Below the pieces are notes generated by a model. The model was not told the origin of the DNA, did no database searches, and saw only the letters and a list, made by a program, of their open reading frames with translations. Below, piece after piece: positions 45,351 through 59,100 of a stretch of 64,000 nt of DNA; the stretch's first letter is position 1; every line of letters starts with the position of its first letter. The DNA comes from Plasmodiophora brassicae (taxonomy: Eukaryota). Where the stretch lies: NCBI GenBank assembly GCA_036867785.1, contig CP145413.1, forward strand, positions 434,001 through 498,000. Reading direction: 5' to 3'. The translations under genes and the position numbers were made by a program.

Positions 45351-48300
45351 TCATGACGGTGACATCTTGGTCTGCAAGTACTGCACGTCGCGTTGCCACC
45401 GGTCGTTCCATTGCTGTTCGGCATCGAGCGCCGCCTTGCACTCTTTCTCGACAGCGGCGGTGTGCTCGCCCAGCTCCGCCTGCATGGCCGCCCAGATCTT
45501 GTCGCGATTCGTGAAGACGACGCGATTCGGTTCGGTACTGGCGCAAGCCACGTCTGGCAACAGCGTCGTCCATCCAGGAATCTGGCCCTCGGGGGCACGG
45601 TACACTTTAACCTTCTCGTTGCCCTATTCGGTCCCGTCAGTACCTGTCCACGCCTCGCCACACGTTAGCGCACCTGGCTGGCAGGTGCTGGTTTGCCCTT
45701 TTTGTCGGTAGGAGCGCTGGGCGATGATGTAGCCGATGCATCCCGACCCGCTTTCCGAACCAGACGCTTGAGCCCCATGCGCTTCTTCTCCGCCAAGGTG
45801 GCCTCTGCGTTCTCTTCGCTTCCGAAATCGACCCTGAAACGCCAGGTGAGAACCAGTGGACGACCGAGGCACCATGTGTTACCGCTCGATGTTGACGGTC
45901 GTATCGAACAGCTTGACGAGAGCCTGCGAGCAATGGGCGACGCGCTGTGCGAATTCGCGGCCGCACCGTTGCACTTCGTTCTGCAGCTGCGATCGTTTCG
46001 TCTCAATGTCGGACACGGCCGCTTGGTGGCAGGCAACGGCGTCGTTCGTCATGTCTAGCAATGCTTGCCGACTAATGCCGGGCTTCAACCGCAACTCCAG
46101 GTTGCTGCCAATCGGGAATGAGCGTACACGCCGGAGGTTTGCAACGAACGTGACACGTTACCGGTGCTGCTGTGCGATTCGTCGCACGTCCTGGCGGAAC
46201 TGATCGCGGAGCATGCTCAAGCGAGACTGCGTCTCGTGTCGGCTGCGCTCTAGGACGTCATGCAGGACCCGTTTGGGCAACCAGGTCTTGATCGTGTCGA
46301 ATCGGATGACGAGTTCGCGGAACGTCTGCTGGAATTCAGCCAGTTTTGTGGCGGCGATGGCCTTCTCAGATTCCAGATGTTTGACGACGGCCACCGGCAT
46401 AAGGTCAGCCGGCATCTGCAGGCGCCCAGCATTCTTCTCATAGTATTCCTTACAGAGCTGCGTCATCTCCTGTTTGCAAGCCTCCTCGACCTTTGCAATG
46501 ACGGTAGCCCAGGTTAAGACAGAGCTCAGTGGCGACGACGCCGAAGGCGCAGTTGGCGCCTTTGTTGGCAACTTTGCCGGGGGTGGGCCCGGAGAGTCAT
46601 TGGTTCCCGGCCCAGGAAGAACGGGCACGTCCTCCAGTGTTCCGACTGACTTCGTGACCCCAAACACCTTCCCACATTCTTCGAACCGGTACCGAAGGGC
46701 GATGAGAGCTCGAAGCATCCGACAGGTCAGCGAGCTCGCCTCCGTCGCCGAACTGGCGTCGGCTTTCCCGTCCTCCGTCTTCTCCTCGGTCATGGTTTCG
46801 ATTTCTTTCAACAGTCGCTCAATGTCACTGCATCGGGTCGATCCTGTTGTCCGTGTCAGTGTCCAGGCAACAGAGCGGAAGGGTTGCTGCTCACACCGAC
46901 CTAGGTTGAACTCTTCACGAAGACGAGCAGACGCGCGCCGTTTCGGTGCACCGAAACGATAGCCCAGACCGAGGACGACTGCCATGTCATTCTGTGCGAC
47001 ATTAGATGTCTCGTCAAAGTCTTTCCTCGCGTGCTGTTCGACGACCTGTTGCCGTGCATTTGTTAGTAATGGGGCAGAGTAACAATAATGCAGTAGACCG
47101 ACATCCTTCTTCAGCGCGGCCAGCCTAGACGTCAGCGTTTCGAACGTTCTAGTCGCGCCATCATCGATAATGGCTACCTCCTTGCCGTACTTATCGATCT
47201 CCTCTGCCAAAACGCCATTCAGGCAAGTACCCGCATCAGAGCGATACGATGGCAAACCTTGGCAGTAGGTGCCCTGCGGCGCACCGAACGGGATGCACGA
47301 GGCAAGGAACTGGGACGATAACGATGTCATCTGCGTTTTCAAATCGTTCAACACAGTTTCCGTTGAGTGAATCTGGGCCTCTATCTGCGACACGAATTCG
47401 ATCTCGACAGCCTTGGCTTGGTTACGCAGGCGCTGCAAGCCTGACATCGTCTTCGCTTGGACCGCATCGTTCTTCATCTGATCGATCAGCCTCGACCGTT
47501 TGGCGATCATCGCTTCGGCGCGTTCGCATCCCGTTGTAAATGCCGCCTGGCCGTTGCCGAGGATCGTATCGAATCGCGTCCAGTAACGGTGGAACCGCTC
47601 GAGGTTCCCCTTCAGTTCTGCAGAGCGTACTCCGACAACGTCCACCTCTGCGACAAGCATCAGAGGCACGCAGCGAAAACAGGTCGGGGCTTCCCAAATT
47701 CTTACCAAGGCGCGTCAGCCGTGGAGTGTGCAAGCGCATCACTGTGTCAAAGTCAGTGGACAGCTCCTCCAGGCGGTACGCGTGCTGGGCGTTGACGCGA
47801 TCGGTTTCGCGTTTCGATATATTCTCCAGCGACGATATGAATGCTGTGCGAAGTTCCAGCAGGCAGTTGACTGTAAAGGGCAACGAGTTAATTATGCAAT
47901 TATTCGGTGACATGAATGAAAAGTTCACCAAAGCATTCCACCTCGAAGGTGCAGATCACAGCGCAGGGCTTGCCATCGGGATCTAATGGTACAGAAGTCC
48001 CCGCCGCCATATCACCCGTATTGAATTCGGCCATGATCTGATTGTTAACGGCTTATCACCAAACCATTGCACATGGAGCCACCATCAGGAACTCTACCTG
48101 GTCAACAATCTGGGACGGTGTCTTGTCGACATTATAACTTGCGCCAAGGAAGGCAACCAGTGCCGGGGACGTTACTTGATCAGGTCCCGTGGCGGGCATC
48201 GCTTGTAGGCCGAACACGCTCGCGACTTCGTCCTTGACCTTTTCAATGGTTTCGCGTAGTGCTGGAAGGTGCCTCCCAGCGATGTCAATGCTTTCCTTGT

Positions 48301-50290
48301 TGAATTCGATGTGGCATTTTTCGAGCAGGCCACCCGGACCAACAATGCCACGAGCTTCGTCAAAGGCGGCGGTCAGCGTCTCATTGTTCGCCGCCTGGCG
48401 GAGTCCATCGGTGACCGCCTCCAGTCGTTTCTCCATTGCGGCCAGGTCATCCGTGTATGCGTCTCGTCTCCTCATGTACGTCTCCGTGATCGCCAGCTCG
48501 AGGTCGTCGACGGCTTTCAAGCTGCGCCCCCAAAGCTCGGCGGCTGTCTGATAGAATTTGACGGCGGCACCCAGCTTCTTGTGAAGGTGAACTTCCTCGC
48601 GAACCAGGACAGCGCTGACTTCATCGACAAGACGGATGGCGTTAGCGTCTTGCTGGGTGACGATCGTTGTGATCTCGTTGGCAACCTGGGTCCTGATCTC
48701 ATCCTCAGTGGCAGCCCCGTACGCAGCCAGGTCCCGAAACAGTTGCTCGGTGCGCGCTTGGACACGTTGGCGTTTAGCAGCGCCGTCGGCCGCCAGAGCC
48801 GCTAGACACGAGTTGCACATGTCGCCTGACACCTGCAACAGGTTGGCAACTTCTTTCTGAATCTACGTGACACGTCAGCACCGGCATGATGTATTTCGCG
48901 TCAGATTCACCTGTTGCACGTTGTTCACAGAGAGCGCGGGCGGAACCAGGCTGCGAAGGCCCTGCATGAGGTGCTGGGCACTTTCGAAGATTCGTGTCTG
49001 TTCGTCGATGAGGCCGTCCAGGATTCGACGTCGCGATCCCGGGTTCACCCATTCTGGGCTGTTTAGCTCGGCGCGGGCGATTTCCATGCAACGACGATGC
49101 CGCAGCGTTTTCCAGGCACCGCGCCGCCCTTCCCAGATCGCATTCTGTCTATCTTTAAGCCTGACGTCGGCAACCCGAAGACGGGCAATCAGATCTGCCT
49201 CACGAATCAGGGTGATGTCCACGAACCGTTACGAGGAATTCACAGTACCTAGGAAGGCTACCCGGTTGGAGACGATCAACTCGTTGACTGAGTTCACTTC
49301 GGGTTCGAAGTCCTTCTCGATCTCCTCCGGTAACTGGAACCCGATATCGACCAGCTCGGCAACGACGGCCTGGATCTCGGACGACATGTCGACCTGACGT
49401 CGCCTCTCGATCGTTTGAAGATCGGCCTCGAACTGGACCCAGGTGGCCTCCCTACTGGCGAATTCACGCTCCACCGTCTCCCATAACCCCTCAAAATCGG
49501 ATAGCTCCATCTCGATCAGGACGTCGTCGACCAGACGCCCAAACTCGCGATCGAGCCGCGACTGACTTTGGTCCATTTCGACGCGCAACTGGGGGCATGT
49601 CAGGCCCCGGAAGTCAAACCAAGGTACGTCTCCGGCAGACCTGCTCGGATAACGACTCCACCTGGCACTCGAGCTCGGCGAACAGGCCACGCTTCCGCTG
49701 GTGGTACTGGTCGACCACCCGGTCATGGCGCTCCTTTCTACTGACATTGAACTTCTTCTCGGCGTTGACTTCTGCCGGAGCACGTCAACGCTGCGATGTT
49801 TGCCGAAGCAGCGAAACCAACCGTGAACGACTACGACATCCTGTAGGGCTCGTACGTCGCTGCGATCCGCAGCGAGCGTCATAGCGCGTCGACGGGCGCG
49901 TTCCCGAGCCGCAAGATGTTTCCCCGGCGGGTACCGCGTCCATTGCACCGGCCCCGTACTGCCATCCTGTTTCGGTGGCCTTGTCGTCCCCGAGCTGGAG
50001 CTCCCGGGGCACTCCTGCATAGCAGCCGCCCACTATATCATCAATGTACGATCGACGATGCCGTGCGATCGGCACTCGGCAGTCACAGTAAACCAGCGAG
50101 ATCATTCGCAGACGGCCACTTTCGATCCTGCTGAACCACGACCGTTTAACCGAATGAAAGCGCCTGCCCTGCTGCAACTGAGCGTCGGAAGGTGTCGCCA
50201 GCAGGCCACTGTTACTGTCGCGACGCGGCACGCAGACGTATCATGGGCCCAGGTGCCAATTCGGGGACCGACGACGGCTTTGAAGTTCAT
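45351..50290 (-). CDS. CCDC180: CCDC180-like (DUF4455/DUF4456) coiled-coil ciliary protein; 5' end approximate
   Basis: Chain of helical exons: ELVDIGFQLP..NELIVSNR, WKTLRH..NSPEWVNP, LRPGIS, and C-terminal NRDKIW..EQQWNDRW. Confidence 0.65.
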
Positions 50291-50542
50291 AGGTCATAAA
50301 GAGTATGGCGCCGGCGGGTCGTCGTGACGGAATGCCGCCACTTGATCTTAGGGGCGCTCGCCCCGCCTCGTACGGGGTCGATCCGGTCGACATCGATTCG
50401 GACAGTATGTGATTTTAGATACTGCTCTATCGGTTCTATCGTACACCATGGTTCAGCTGCATGCGTGCTCGGCATGCTGCTTATCCCCTTGCGGATGTGC
50501 CCCACTGAAAGCAGAACTGACGTCCGCATCACGTTGCGCAGG

Positions 50543-50741
50543 TTTACGTCGCGAGAACGAGGACTTACGCCGCATCGTTAATGAACTTCGGCAAACGGTA
50601 CACGAACTTCTCGCTGAGGTTGCGCGCCTTCGAGAGGAGAACGCTGAGGTTACGCGGCGCCTTCGAGAGGAGAACGCTGTGGTTGCGCACCTTCGAGAGG
50701 AGAACGCAATCCTGCGACGCTCCCTGCATGACCGGCGCTAA
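50543..50741 (+). other. Coiled-coil-coding segment with three 30-33-bp tandem repeats (RLREENAEV); full gene model unresolved
   Basis: Repeat CGCTG(A/T)GGTT..CCTTCGAGAGGAGAA at 50612-50707, downstream of a CAG acceptor. Confidence 0.45.
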
Positions 50742-52665
50742 TCGTCGTCGTCGCCGCCGCCGCCGCCTACGTACAGTCGTCTCCGTCTGACTCTCCCAAA
50801 GTAATTAAAATTTGAATTCTTGTGTCGAAACTAGCTGGATCACAGGCCATACGTATGGCCTGGATGGTATCACCCCATTAGCCATATCGAGATGCCAGAG
50901 AGGGATAGCCGACGATGTCGTAAATAGCCGCTCCCTTTGGACACTCCACAAGCGCAGACGCTGAACCACACAATACACATCCGCGAAGCCGCGGGTGATC
51001 GACGAGCTCACTTCAGATTGGGCGTAGCGTCGCAAACCGTTCACCGATCGAGGTTCTTCTTGACATGCGGAAAGCGTACAACGATGCTGGCCGCGTTCAT
51101 GTGTATATGCGAAGTAGTTACACGTTTGCCTCCAGCTCCAGCCAACGTGCCGTTTCCAGCCGCCAAACCATTCGGGGAGGACACGTATATGTAGCATCGC
51201 CTGGCTCACGAATCGCATCCCGGGCACCAACGCCCACTGTACCATATCGCCGCCGGATGTCTTGTCTCCGTGCGTCTGCTAAGAGCGATCATCGACCGGC
51301 GCGTACGTGCCCTGCACTTCAACAGGCTGCAACATATAGCGCCTGGCGCTCGAAACCTCAAGCCCCTGCAGCGCTTCAAGGCGGTGCTCGTGGCCGTCGC
51401 ACAGGATCTGCTTGTCGCGCGATTCGATTCATCGTGCATCAATCCTCGGCGGTCGTCGTTTTGGTCGTGACAAGCCGGTCAGGACACGTAAGATCCATGC
51501 AGTTATCTATGTGTACCTGTGCCTCCACCGGCTCAGAAGTGGAAGGGGTTTCTGGCGTTCTTTCTTGGATCAACACTGTCTGCAGACGGAAGCCTTCGTA
51601 CGGAAGTGACAGGGAATGACGTCGCTGCGACATGATTGTGGAGTAGGTGGCATCCCACCTCGCGCCGCCCCCTAACGCTATGGAATTCCATATTGTGGCG
51701 CCACTGGTTGATCATGGCCGGTCCAGGCGTCAATGGCCTCTGGGCCATGATCGGAGGTAGTACTAATGTCCGGCCGGGTCCTGATGGATAACGGTCTAAT
51801 TGTGTGCGTTCTAGCCATCGCATCATCACTGACCGCCGCTGCCGTCGTCTACCGATGCCGCCCGCGACAACGTCGCCACCAAGATGACGTCCTGGAACAC
51901 CAAGAGGATGTCCAAGACCGGCGACATCGTCACGGCGACGAAATTCTACAGGCACGGCTGGAACATGGGATTAGTTGAGCGCAGAACAGAGGACGTTGAT
52001 TTTAGACCGACTAATCAGCACCCGTATGGTCTGAGTACCGTTCCCTTCCATGTGTGCAAATTTGAAACCAAGCGCTTTACAAATATCACAGGCTAGAGCT
52101 CCGTACGTACCCCCATAAAACTCGATCGCTGGACTACTGGACAATACGGTTACCAAATAGCTGGTTGCCTGAACGACAACAGGGTAGACACACATCTAAG
52201 CGCGCTGTGGTTGCCCCGCGGGTCGTTAAGATCCCGGGTTCGGCGCCCGGTTCCTGGCAAGTCATTCGCCGTCGAGAACCAAGCTGTTCGAGGATAGGAA
52301 GAGTGTGCGGTAGCTGGCTGATGCCTCCACTGCTTTATGCGCTCGCAACGCCCAACCAGCTTCCGATGTCAGCCAGCCGCGTTTCCGTATCGAGGCGAAC
52401 GCGATCGACTCCTTCACAGTATACCTGGTAGTGCGCGGAACGCCTTCAATATAGCTGATCGCGGCTCGAGGTCGCCAATATCCACAACGCTGTCGCGTAT
52501 CTGCACGGCGACCGTCAGACCACAGAGGAGCGCTGGCGGAAGGAACAAGAAGCGGCCCGTAAGAAGGACGGATCGCTGCAGCCCAAAGATCCTGAAGCTG
52601 AGGCAGCAACATGTCGGCGAAGTTGGCTCTATGACCTTCGTACGTTCGCTGCTGGAATACGGCCT

Positions 52666-53989
52666 ATGCGTCGTCGACCACACCAGGTCGACGCTGAGGC
52701 AACTGAAGAACAGAAGACCAAAACCTTCGAGAAGATGAAATCAAAGCGCTCGAATAAATCCCAGAAGAATGCCGGCTACATTGACAGTGCGCCATGCACG
52801 GATGAACAACCAATGGAAGGCAGAGGGGAATGGAGTCGCGAGTGCGCTGGGGATGCAGAAGGAGCCGCCGAACACCCACAACCTAGCATGCAACAGGTGA
52901 GGGGCGAGCAAGCTGCAAACACAGACAGAGGCACGAGCACAGAGAACTCCCAAGTCTGCAAGTTAAGACAACTTGCAGCAGACATTGAGGCTGGATATGC
53001 ACAGGGCGCCAACAACCAGATCAATGTCACGCTATCAGCGCTGGATGAGCCGCGGCCAGCCATACTAGACAGTGGGGCTGACAGAACACTGATACCAATG
53101 GCAATAGCCAAGAGGTTATGCAGGATGCATCCAAACACCAAAATGACAGCACTGGAGAAACCAGTGAAGTTGATTCTGGCGGATAGCGAGGAAGCAGTGG
53201 GACAGGCCACCCACGAGATCCAAGTGGACATCCTCTTGCATACGCGTGCTGGGGAGCTGCAGATCCGCAAGCACACATGTCTCGTATGGGACGTGGAGTA
53301 TGTGAAGGAAATCTACCTGGGTCAAGATCTCCTAGAAGAACTAGGCATAGACCCGAGAACGGCGTTAGAATACCTGATTGCAAGTATGAATCGAGACTCG
53401 TCATGCGGTGACGGCGATGAGTACATATTGGATCAGGATGAGGACGATGTCGCCATTGGCGAAGATGTCCCAAATGACATTCGAGAGGGCATAGACAACG
53501 CAATCGCTCGAGCAATGAAACAGGGGTTGCCACGCAAGTGGAAGAGAAGACTCCGAAGGTTGGCCTTCAAGAGATGGAATGTCTGGAGAACGAAGCTGGG
53601 ACCAGATCCGCCAGCCAAGGTCACACCTTGTCGAACACGGTTAAGACAGGGAGCACGACCGTACCGTTGTAAGGCGCGGAGGTACAGCAAGGAACAAAGT
53701 GAGTTCCTGGCACAGTTCGTATCACTGTTGAAGAAATATGGGTTAGTGTACGAAAACCACAATAGTGAGTGGGCCTCACCAGTGGTGGTTGTTCGAAAAC
53801 CCGGCAACAGAGGATGGCGAATGTGTGTTGATCTAAGAGAGGTCAACAAGTTGTGTGAAGCAACCGCATGGCCAATGCCATTCCTGGAAGCCATTGTACA
53901 ACACTTGGCAGGGTCCAAGTACTGGTTTTCCTTGGATGCATTCAAGGGCTTTTGGCTGATGCCGCTAGCAAAGGAATGTCAGGAAATGA
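52666..53989 (+). mobile_element. Truncated Ty3/Gypsy retrotransposon pol (aspartic protease plus N-terminal half of RT)
   Basis: AILDSGAD protease and RT motifs SEWASPVVVVRK, WRMCVDLREVN and FSLDAFKGFW. No YxDD, RNase H or integrase. A-rich composition differs from host genes. Confidence 0.92.
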
Positions 53990-54597
53990 GGTCGACGCCT
54001 GGATCATGCGGACGAGCGTCGACTTGCTTGACAACGATCGTTACCGGTCACCACCCTAATCTATCGTCTTCCCGACAGCGACTTCTGATCCACCGCCCAA
54101 GACCTCTCGTGTTCCACCTGTTCTCCATGTTTACTGGACCGAGGACGCGTATCCCCACCGGCCAGGAGCAGTATAGTGCCGATGGCATAATTTACCTACG
54201 GATTCTGCGGCCGCTTCACCACGACGCGTCGGTGCTGATGCCACCGACCCGGTTCCAGCAGTCGGGAACGTGCACCATGATGTCGCTGCTCGCCCCCACG
54301 ACCCGTCTTGATAGGGACGCCGATCGGGTTCGGGGAAGCGCTCCGATCGCCGCGTCCCGAAGTGCACGCCATGCTGATGGACTCTGTCGAGGAGCACATC
54401 CTGAACATCGCCAACTTGGTCCAGCAGCAGGTCACGGGCAACGTGCAGGACCTCGGGGCCATATTCAACAATGTTTTATTGTTGAAACGTTTGAACAGTT
54501 CCCGACAACACCGGGACTGTCGTCGTCCCCTTTGCGGGGTCACACTTTTTTTTTGGGGCGGCCGCGACGACATTGACGACGACCGCGGATTGTGGGG

Positions 54598-55517
54598 ATG
54601 TCGCGTGGGTCCAGTGCCGGGTATGACCGGCAGATCACGATCTTTTCGCCCGAGGGGCGCCTGTACCAGGTTGAGTACGCTTTCAAGGCGGTCAAAGCGG
54701 GCGGTATCACGTCGGTCGCCGTCAGGGGCAAGGATTCCGTCGTGCTGCTGACGCAGAAAAAGGTCAGGCGGGTGTTGACGCGCCTTGAGGTTGGAAACTG
54801 ACAATGCCGGGTTGCAGATTCCCGATAAATTGCTTGATCCTGCAAGCGTCACGCACATGTTTCACATAACGCCAAAGATCGGTGTTGTTGTTACGGGACT
54901 CATCGCTGACGCGAAAGCTCTTGTTAACCGTGCACGACAAGAAGCTGCGAATTTCCAGTACGCGAACGGGTACATTCGTGACTTACACCGCTACGCTTGC
55001 TGTTTTCGTTGATTTCCTATTGAAATAGGTACGAAATACCAGCCCAGTATCTTGCTCAGCGACTTGCAGATGTCGGGCAGGTTTACACGCAGCACGCGTT
55101 CATGCGTGCACTGGGCGTTGTTTCCATTTTGTGTGCAATCGACCCTGAAGACGGTCCCGTCCTCTTCCGTTGCGATCCTGCCGGTCATTTCCTCGGGTAC
55201 AAAGCCTGTGCTGCCGGCACCAAGGAGCAAGAGATTAACAATGTCCTTGAGAAACAAGTTCGTAGCGGATTAACTGCTGTGGCGTGTATTGTATGCTAAT
55301 ACTGTTTTAAAATCAGGTCAAGAAGAACGGCGAAATGACGTTCGAACAGGCTATCGAGACGGCCGTCGTTGCCATGCAGACGGTGCTGGGGTCCGACGTC
55401 AAGGCAACTGACATTGAGATTGCAATTGTTCGCAAGGATGCTAACGAGGGCAGGTTCACTATCCTGACGCCGGATGAGATCGACCGCCACCTGTCGATCA
55501 TATCCCAGCGTGACTGA
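54598..55517 (+). CDS. PSMA6: 20S proteasome subunit alpha-1 (type 6)
   Basis: [44 protein letters not shown] and [12 protein letters not shown]. Confidence 0.96.
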
Positions 55518-56128
55518 TCGCGGTCATCACTCATCGCCCGCCTTAATGTCGATAAAGCTGATGCACGCCATTTGCGTCAACAATGCATCCACTTGCCTGC
55601 TGTCAACGCAAGCCAATGTGCATCCTGCACAGTACGTCTGCCGTCCATAACAAGGCACGCAGGCGTTGCCGAATCCTTGCTGTGGGACTGCTGCCCCTGG
55701 AAACCGCTTGATTGTTCATTCGACTCGACTGAATTCGCGCGCAGCGATGGGAACACCCGAGCGCCCAAACCAAACCTCATCTCTGTCCCCGATGCTATCG
55801 TTCGTGCTGATGGTACAGGCGCCGGGCGGCGTTCGGAAAATTCGTGAGGTGTCGCGGAACGCGCGGGGCAGCCGGCCGGGGTCGCGTTCGATTCCCCGAC
55901 GGTCGGCCGCCACGAGAGTGGCCGCGTTCGCCCCAAAATTGTCACACGCGACTGGGAAGGGAAAAGTGTCGAACGCTGCTGGCTCTGGTTCCTTTGTGAA
56001 TTATTGGAAGCCGGCCCGATCCAGTCGGCGAATCGGCCCGTCAAAACACCAATAATTTTCTGCCGTTCGACGGCGGTCCTGCGTCGTCGCCGTCGACGGC
56101 AAGGTATATGGCTGTCTAGGACCGCGTC

Positions 56129-59100
56129 ATGGAGAAGGGCGGCGCTGCGAATTGCGCTAAGGCGCCGAGCCCGGCGGATGCGACCGCAGCGTCGTCGCCG
56201 ACGGCCGCCCAGCAGCCGACCATTGTTGGATATTCCGCCGACCCGACCCAGAAGGAGAACTGGGAGAACGATTTCGAGGACCTGGATGAGCTGGCGACAG
56301 CGTCAGGCCGGTTTGCCCCCTGGGGCACGGGCATGGCCCGCATCGACTCCATCGTGCCCATATCGCCGTCGTCCGTTCGAGGGACGGTCAACTCTGATGA
56401 CCAGAAAGGCCCCGATCCTCGGGACATCTCCTCGTCCATGGCATCGGATGACGATTCTCCTCGTTTGCTGGCTCCGAAATTCCCGACGTCTGCCCTGCCG
56501 TCGCCGGCTCGAAGCGCTCTGGCTTCGCCCACGAAACGCGACGACGATCATGACGCCGGCTCGTCGTCATCGGAAGGCGACTGGGACAACGAAATCGAAC
56601 AAGAGGACGCCGATGGCTCTGGGAGTCCAGCGGCTGCCGATGGGGCTGAAACTGGGACTGCTCTGGCCAGTACGATGCAGAAGCAGGTCTCGTCCCTGCT
56701 GCGGTCGTACCTGGCCACTGAAGACAACTTGTTAGCGTCAGGCATGCTGTCGACTCGCGGGCGAACACCTTCGCATACGGTTATTCCACGACGGCATCGC
56801 CTGCTCCGTGCCATCCAAAGTGAGGATGACGCGCCATCTGTGAAGATCGTTGTCTATCCGAAGCCATCCATCCTGTACTCAGAGCACACCGACGAGGGTC
56901 GCGCTTCGTTCCGCGAGTCGGTCCTCGAGGAATGGCTGTCGATGCTTGGCTTCAACCCGTCTCACGTTTATCTGTCGTATCCACCTGATTCCACGATGAC
57001 GCTGGCCATTCCCCAGCTTCCCTCCAATCTTACGGTCGCCAAGCTATCCGAATGGCTGCAGACATGCATGGAGCATGTGCACAATCTGTACAGGCATCGT
57101 GGCTCCCTCCAAAAGACGGAGCAGTGCTGGGATGCATCGATGTTTGCGATGAACCTGCTGTTGAAGTCAAAATTCGTCCTCAGCGACGACGTTCCAGAAC
57201 ACACGGCGAGACCGGTGTTTGACAAGCTGTACACGGTTCTATACGCTGCTGCGAAGACCATGCCCGACAACCACATGGACACGTATTCGGGGTTTGTCAC
57301 GACTGCCGTCAACATGTTCCCTAGGTATCGGGGCCTTCTTGAGCTCTTAATGCTGGCAGCCATTGCGCATACCGACGCGACCCGACTGAATCGAGTCCTA
57401 AGGAATTATGTCGTTGTGTACAGCATGCATGAGGACGCTGATACGCCGCTGAACGTCGAGGTCGCTGTCGATGCCTTGGTGTCCCTGCATTTGTACCTGA
57501 ACCAGTACTCTCCATTGAACACATCGATTTTGACTGCAACCGCATCCTGGGACATTGCTGACGATCCCAATGTCCAATGGCTGGAGTACGCAATGAACGG
57601 GTGTGATATTACCCCCGACTTGTTGAGCGTTCCCGCCATATCACCTGAGAAGCTACGCCAAGAGCAATGTGTGTGGAAGCTATGCGGATCGGCAACGTTC
57701 AGGATGGAATTGCTGGAAGTCTTATATGCCAGGATGAGCGCGACGAGTCTCCTGCGCGCCAAATGTGCCTACGTCATGGGCCACTATGCTCTGCATGAGC
57801 ATAACGACACCGCGTTAGCCGAACGACTTCTGTTCGAGTGTGTGTTTCTCCTCGACCGCGTTACGCCCGTCCTTCCATCGCAAGTTCCGCTCGTGTCAGA
57901 GCTGGGAACCAACGCTCTTATTGCATATGGCGACATTCTTCTGTCCAACGGCAAGTACAAATACGCCATTCTTGCTCTAGAGGCTGCTGTCTCCTGCTAC
58001 AAGCTTCGCCGAGGCCAAGACTTTATGGTCATGGATCGTCGACTTTGCGACATTTGCACGGAGGCTCGTGACTGGGACAGGTCCCTGAAGTACCATCTGA
58101 AGATCCTCTCCACGTCCAGAACGCAGGAAAACGTTGCCGAGTTCGTGTACATTTCCCAGCAGATCAGCAAGATCTACACCGATCTCGGTGATTGGCCTCG
58201 TGCTGAAATGCACCTGCTTGACGCTCTGCATTTCCTGTCTCTGATATCGACGCGCGTTTCGCCGCCGCCGGTGTCTCCGGCTACTCACCAATCCGGCCCT
58301 ATGGAGAGTGCCAACTCGGCTATTGAAGCGACTCACAACAGCGACCCATTGCCGGCGAACGACCTTCTTGTCGTACGCCGAAGTTTCAACTCCGACCAAT
58401 CTCCTTTGAGGATTCGAGAGTCTGGCACTGTTGGCCGCTACAGTATCCAGCGTTCCATACATCACCAGCGTCCTCGTCTAGATGGGGCAGGATGTTCACG
58501 GAGCGTCGGCCGTCGTTCGGAGCTGATGTCGTTTGCACACTCATCCGTGAACGAAGTCAGTGCTGAATCGACACCCCGTTCTGCCCCTGTTGACAGCGTC
58601 GCGTCTGCGTCGTCTGCTGGCACCGCTTCCAGCAACGTCAATTTGTCGTTGACGACTCGTAGTCGAAACCGAGCGGCTCGCCTTGGTTTGTACCTTCGCC
58701 TTGCGCAGTTGTACATATCGGGTGGCATCCCCCAGGAGGCAGTGTCGTTGCTGCAGTCTGTTCTCGATTCGGATCTCGCCAAGTCGAAGACACCATTGGT
58801 GAAGTTGATGATGGCCAAAGCTTGTCTCAAACTGGGCATGACATACCGAGTGTCGGAAATTCTCAGGGAGCTGAGCGATGACGATCCTGGTGATCCGTAT
58901 GCCTCAGCCTCCTCACAACCCGGCCTGTTGCGTGCACCTACCAATCCATTCTCATTGTCAAACAGCATAGTCTCGTCGCCCGAGTTCATCGACGTCCAGG
59001 TGGCTTTACTGACGCAACGCGAACAATATCCAGCTGCCCTTGTCGTCACCAACGACGCCATTCGTCAATGCACGACGTCCAATCTGTTGCGGTTAGCTCG

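Noticed and set aside
51696-51752. TGGCGCC as a primer-binding site, and the GATCATGGCC..GGCCATGATC hairpin as an element end
   Set aside because: No preceding TG..CA LTR and no Helitron-type CTRR terminus; may be chance.
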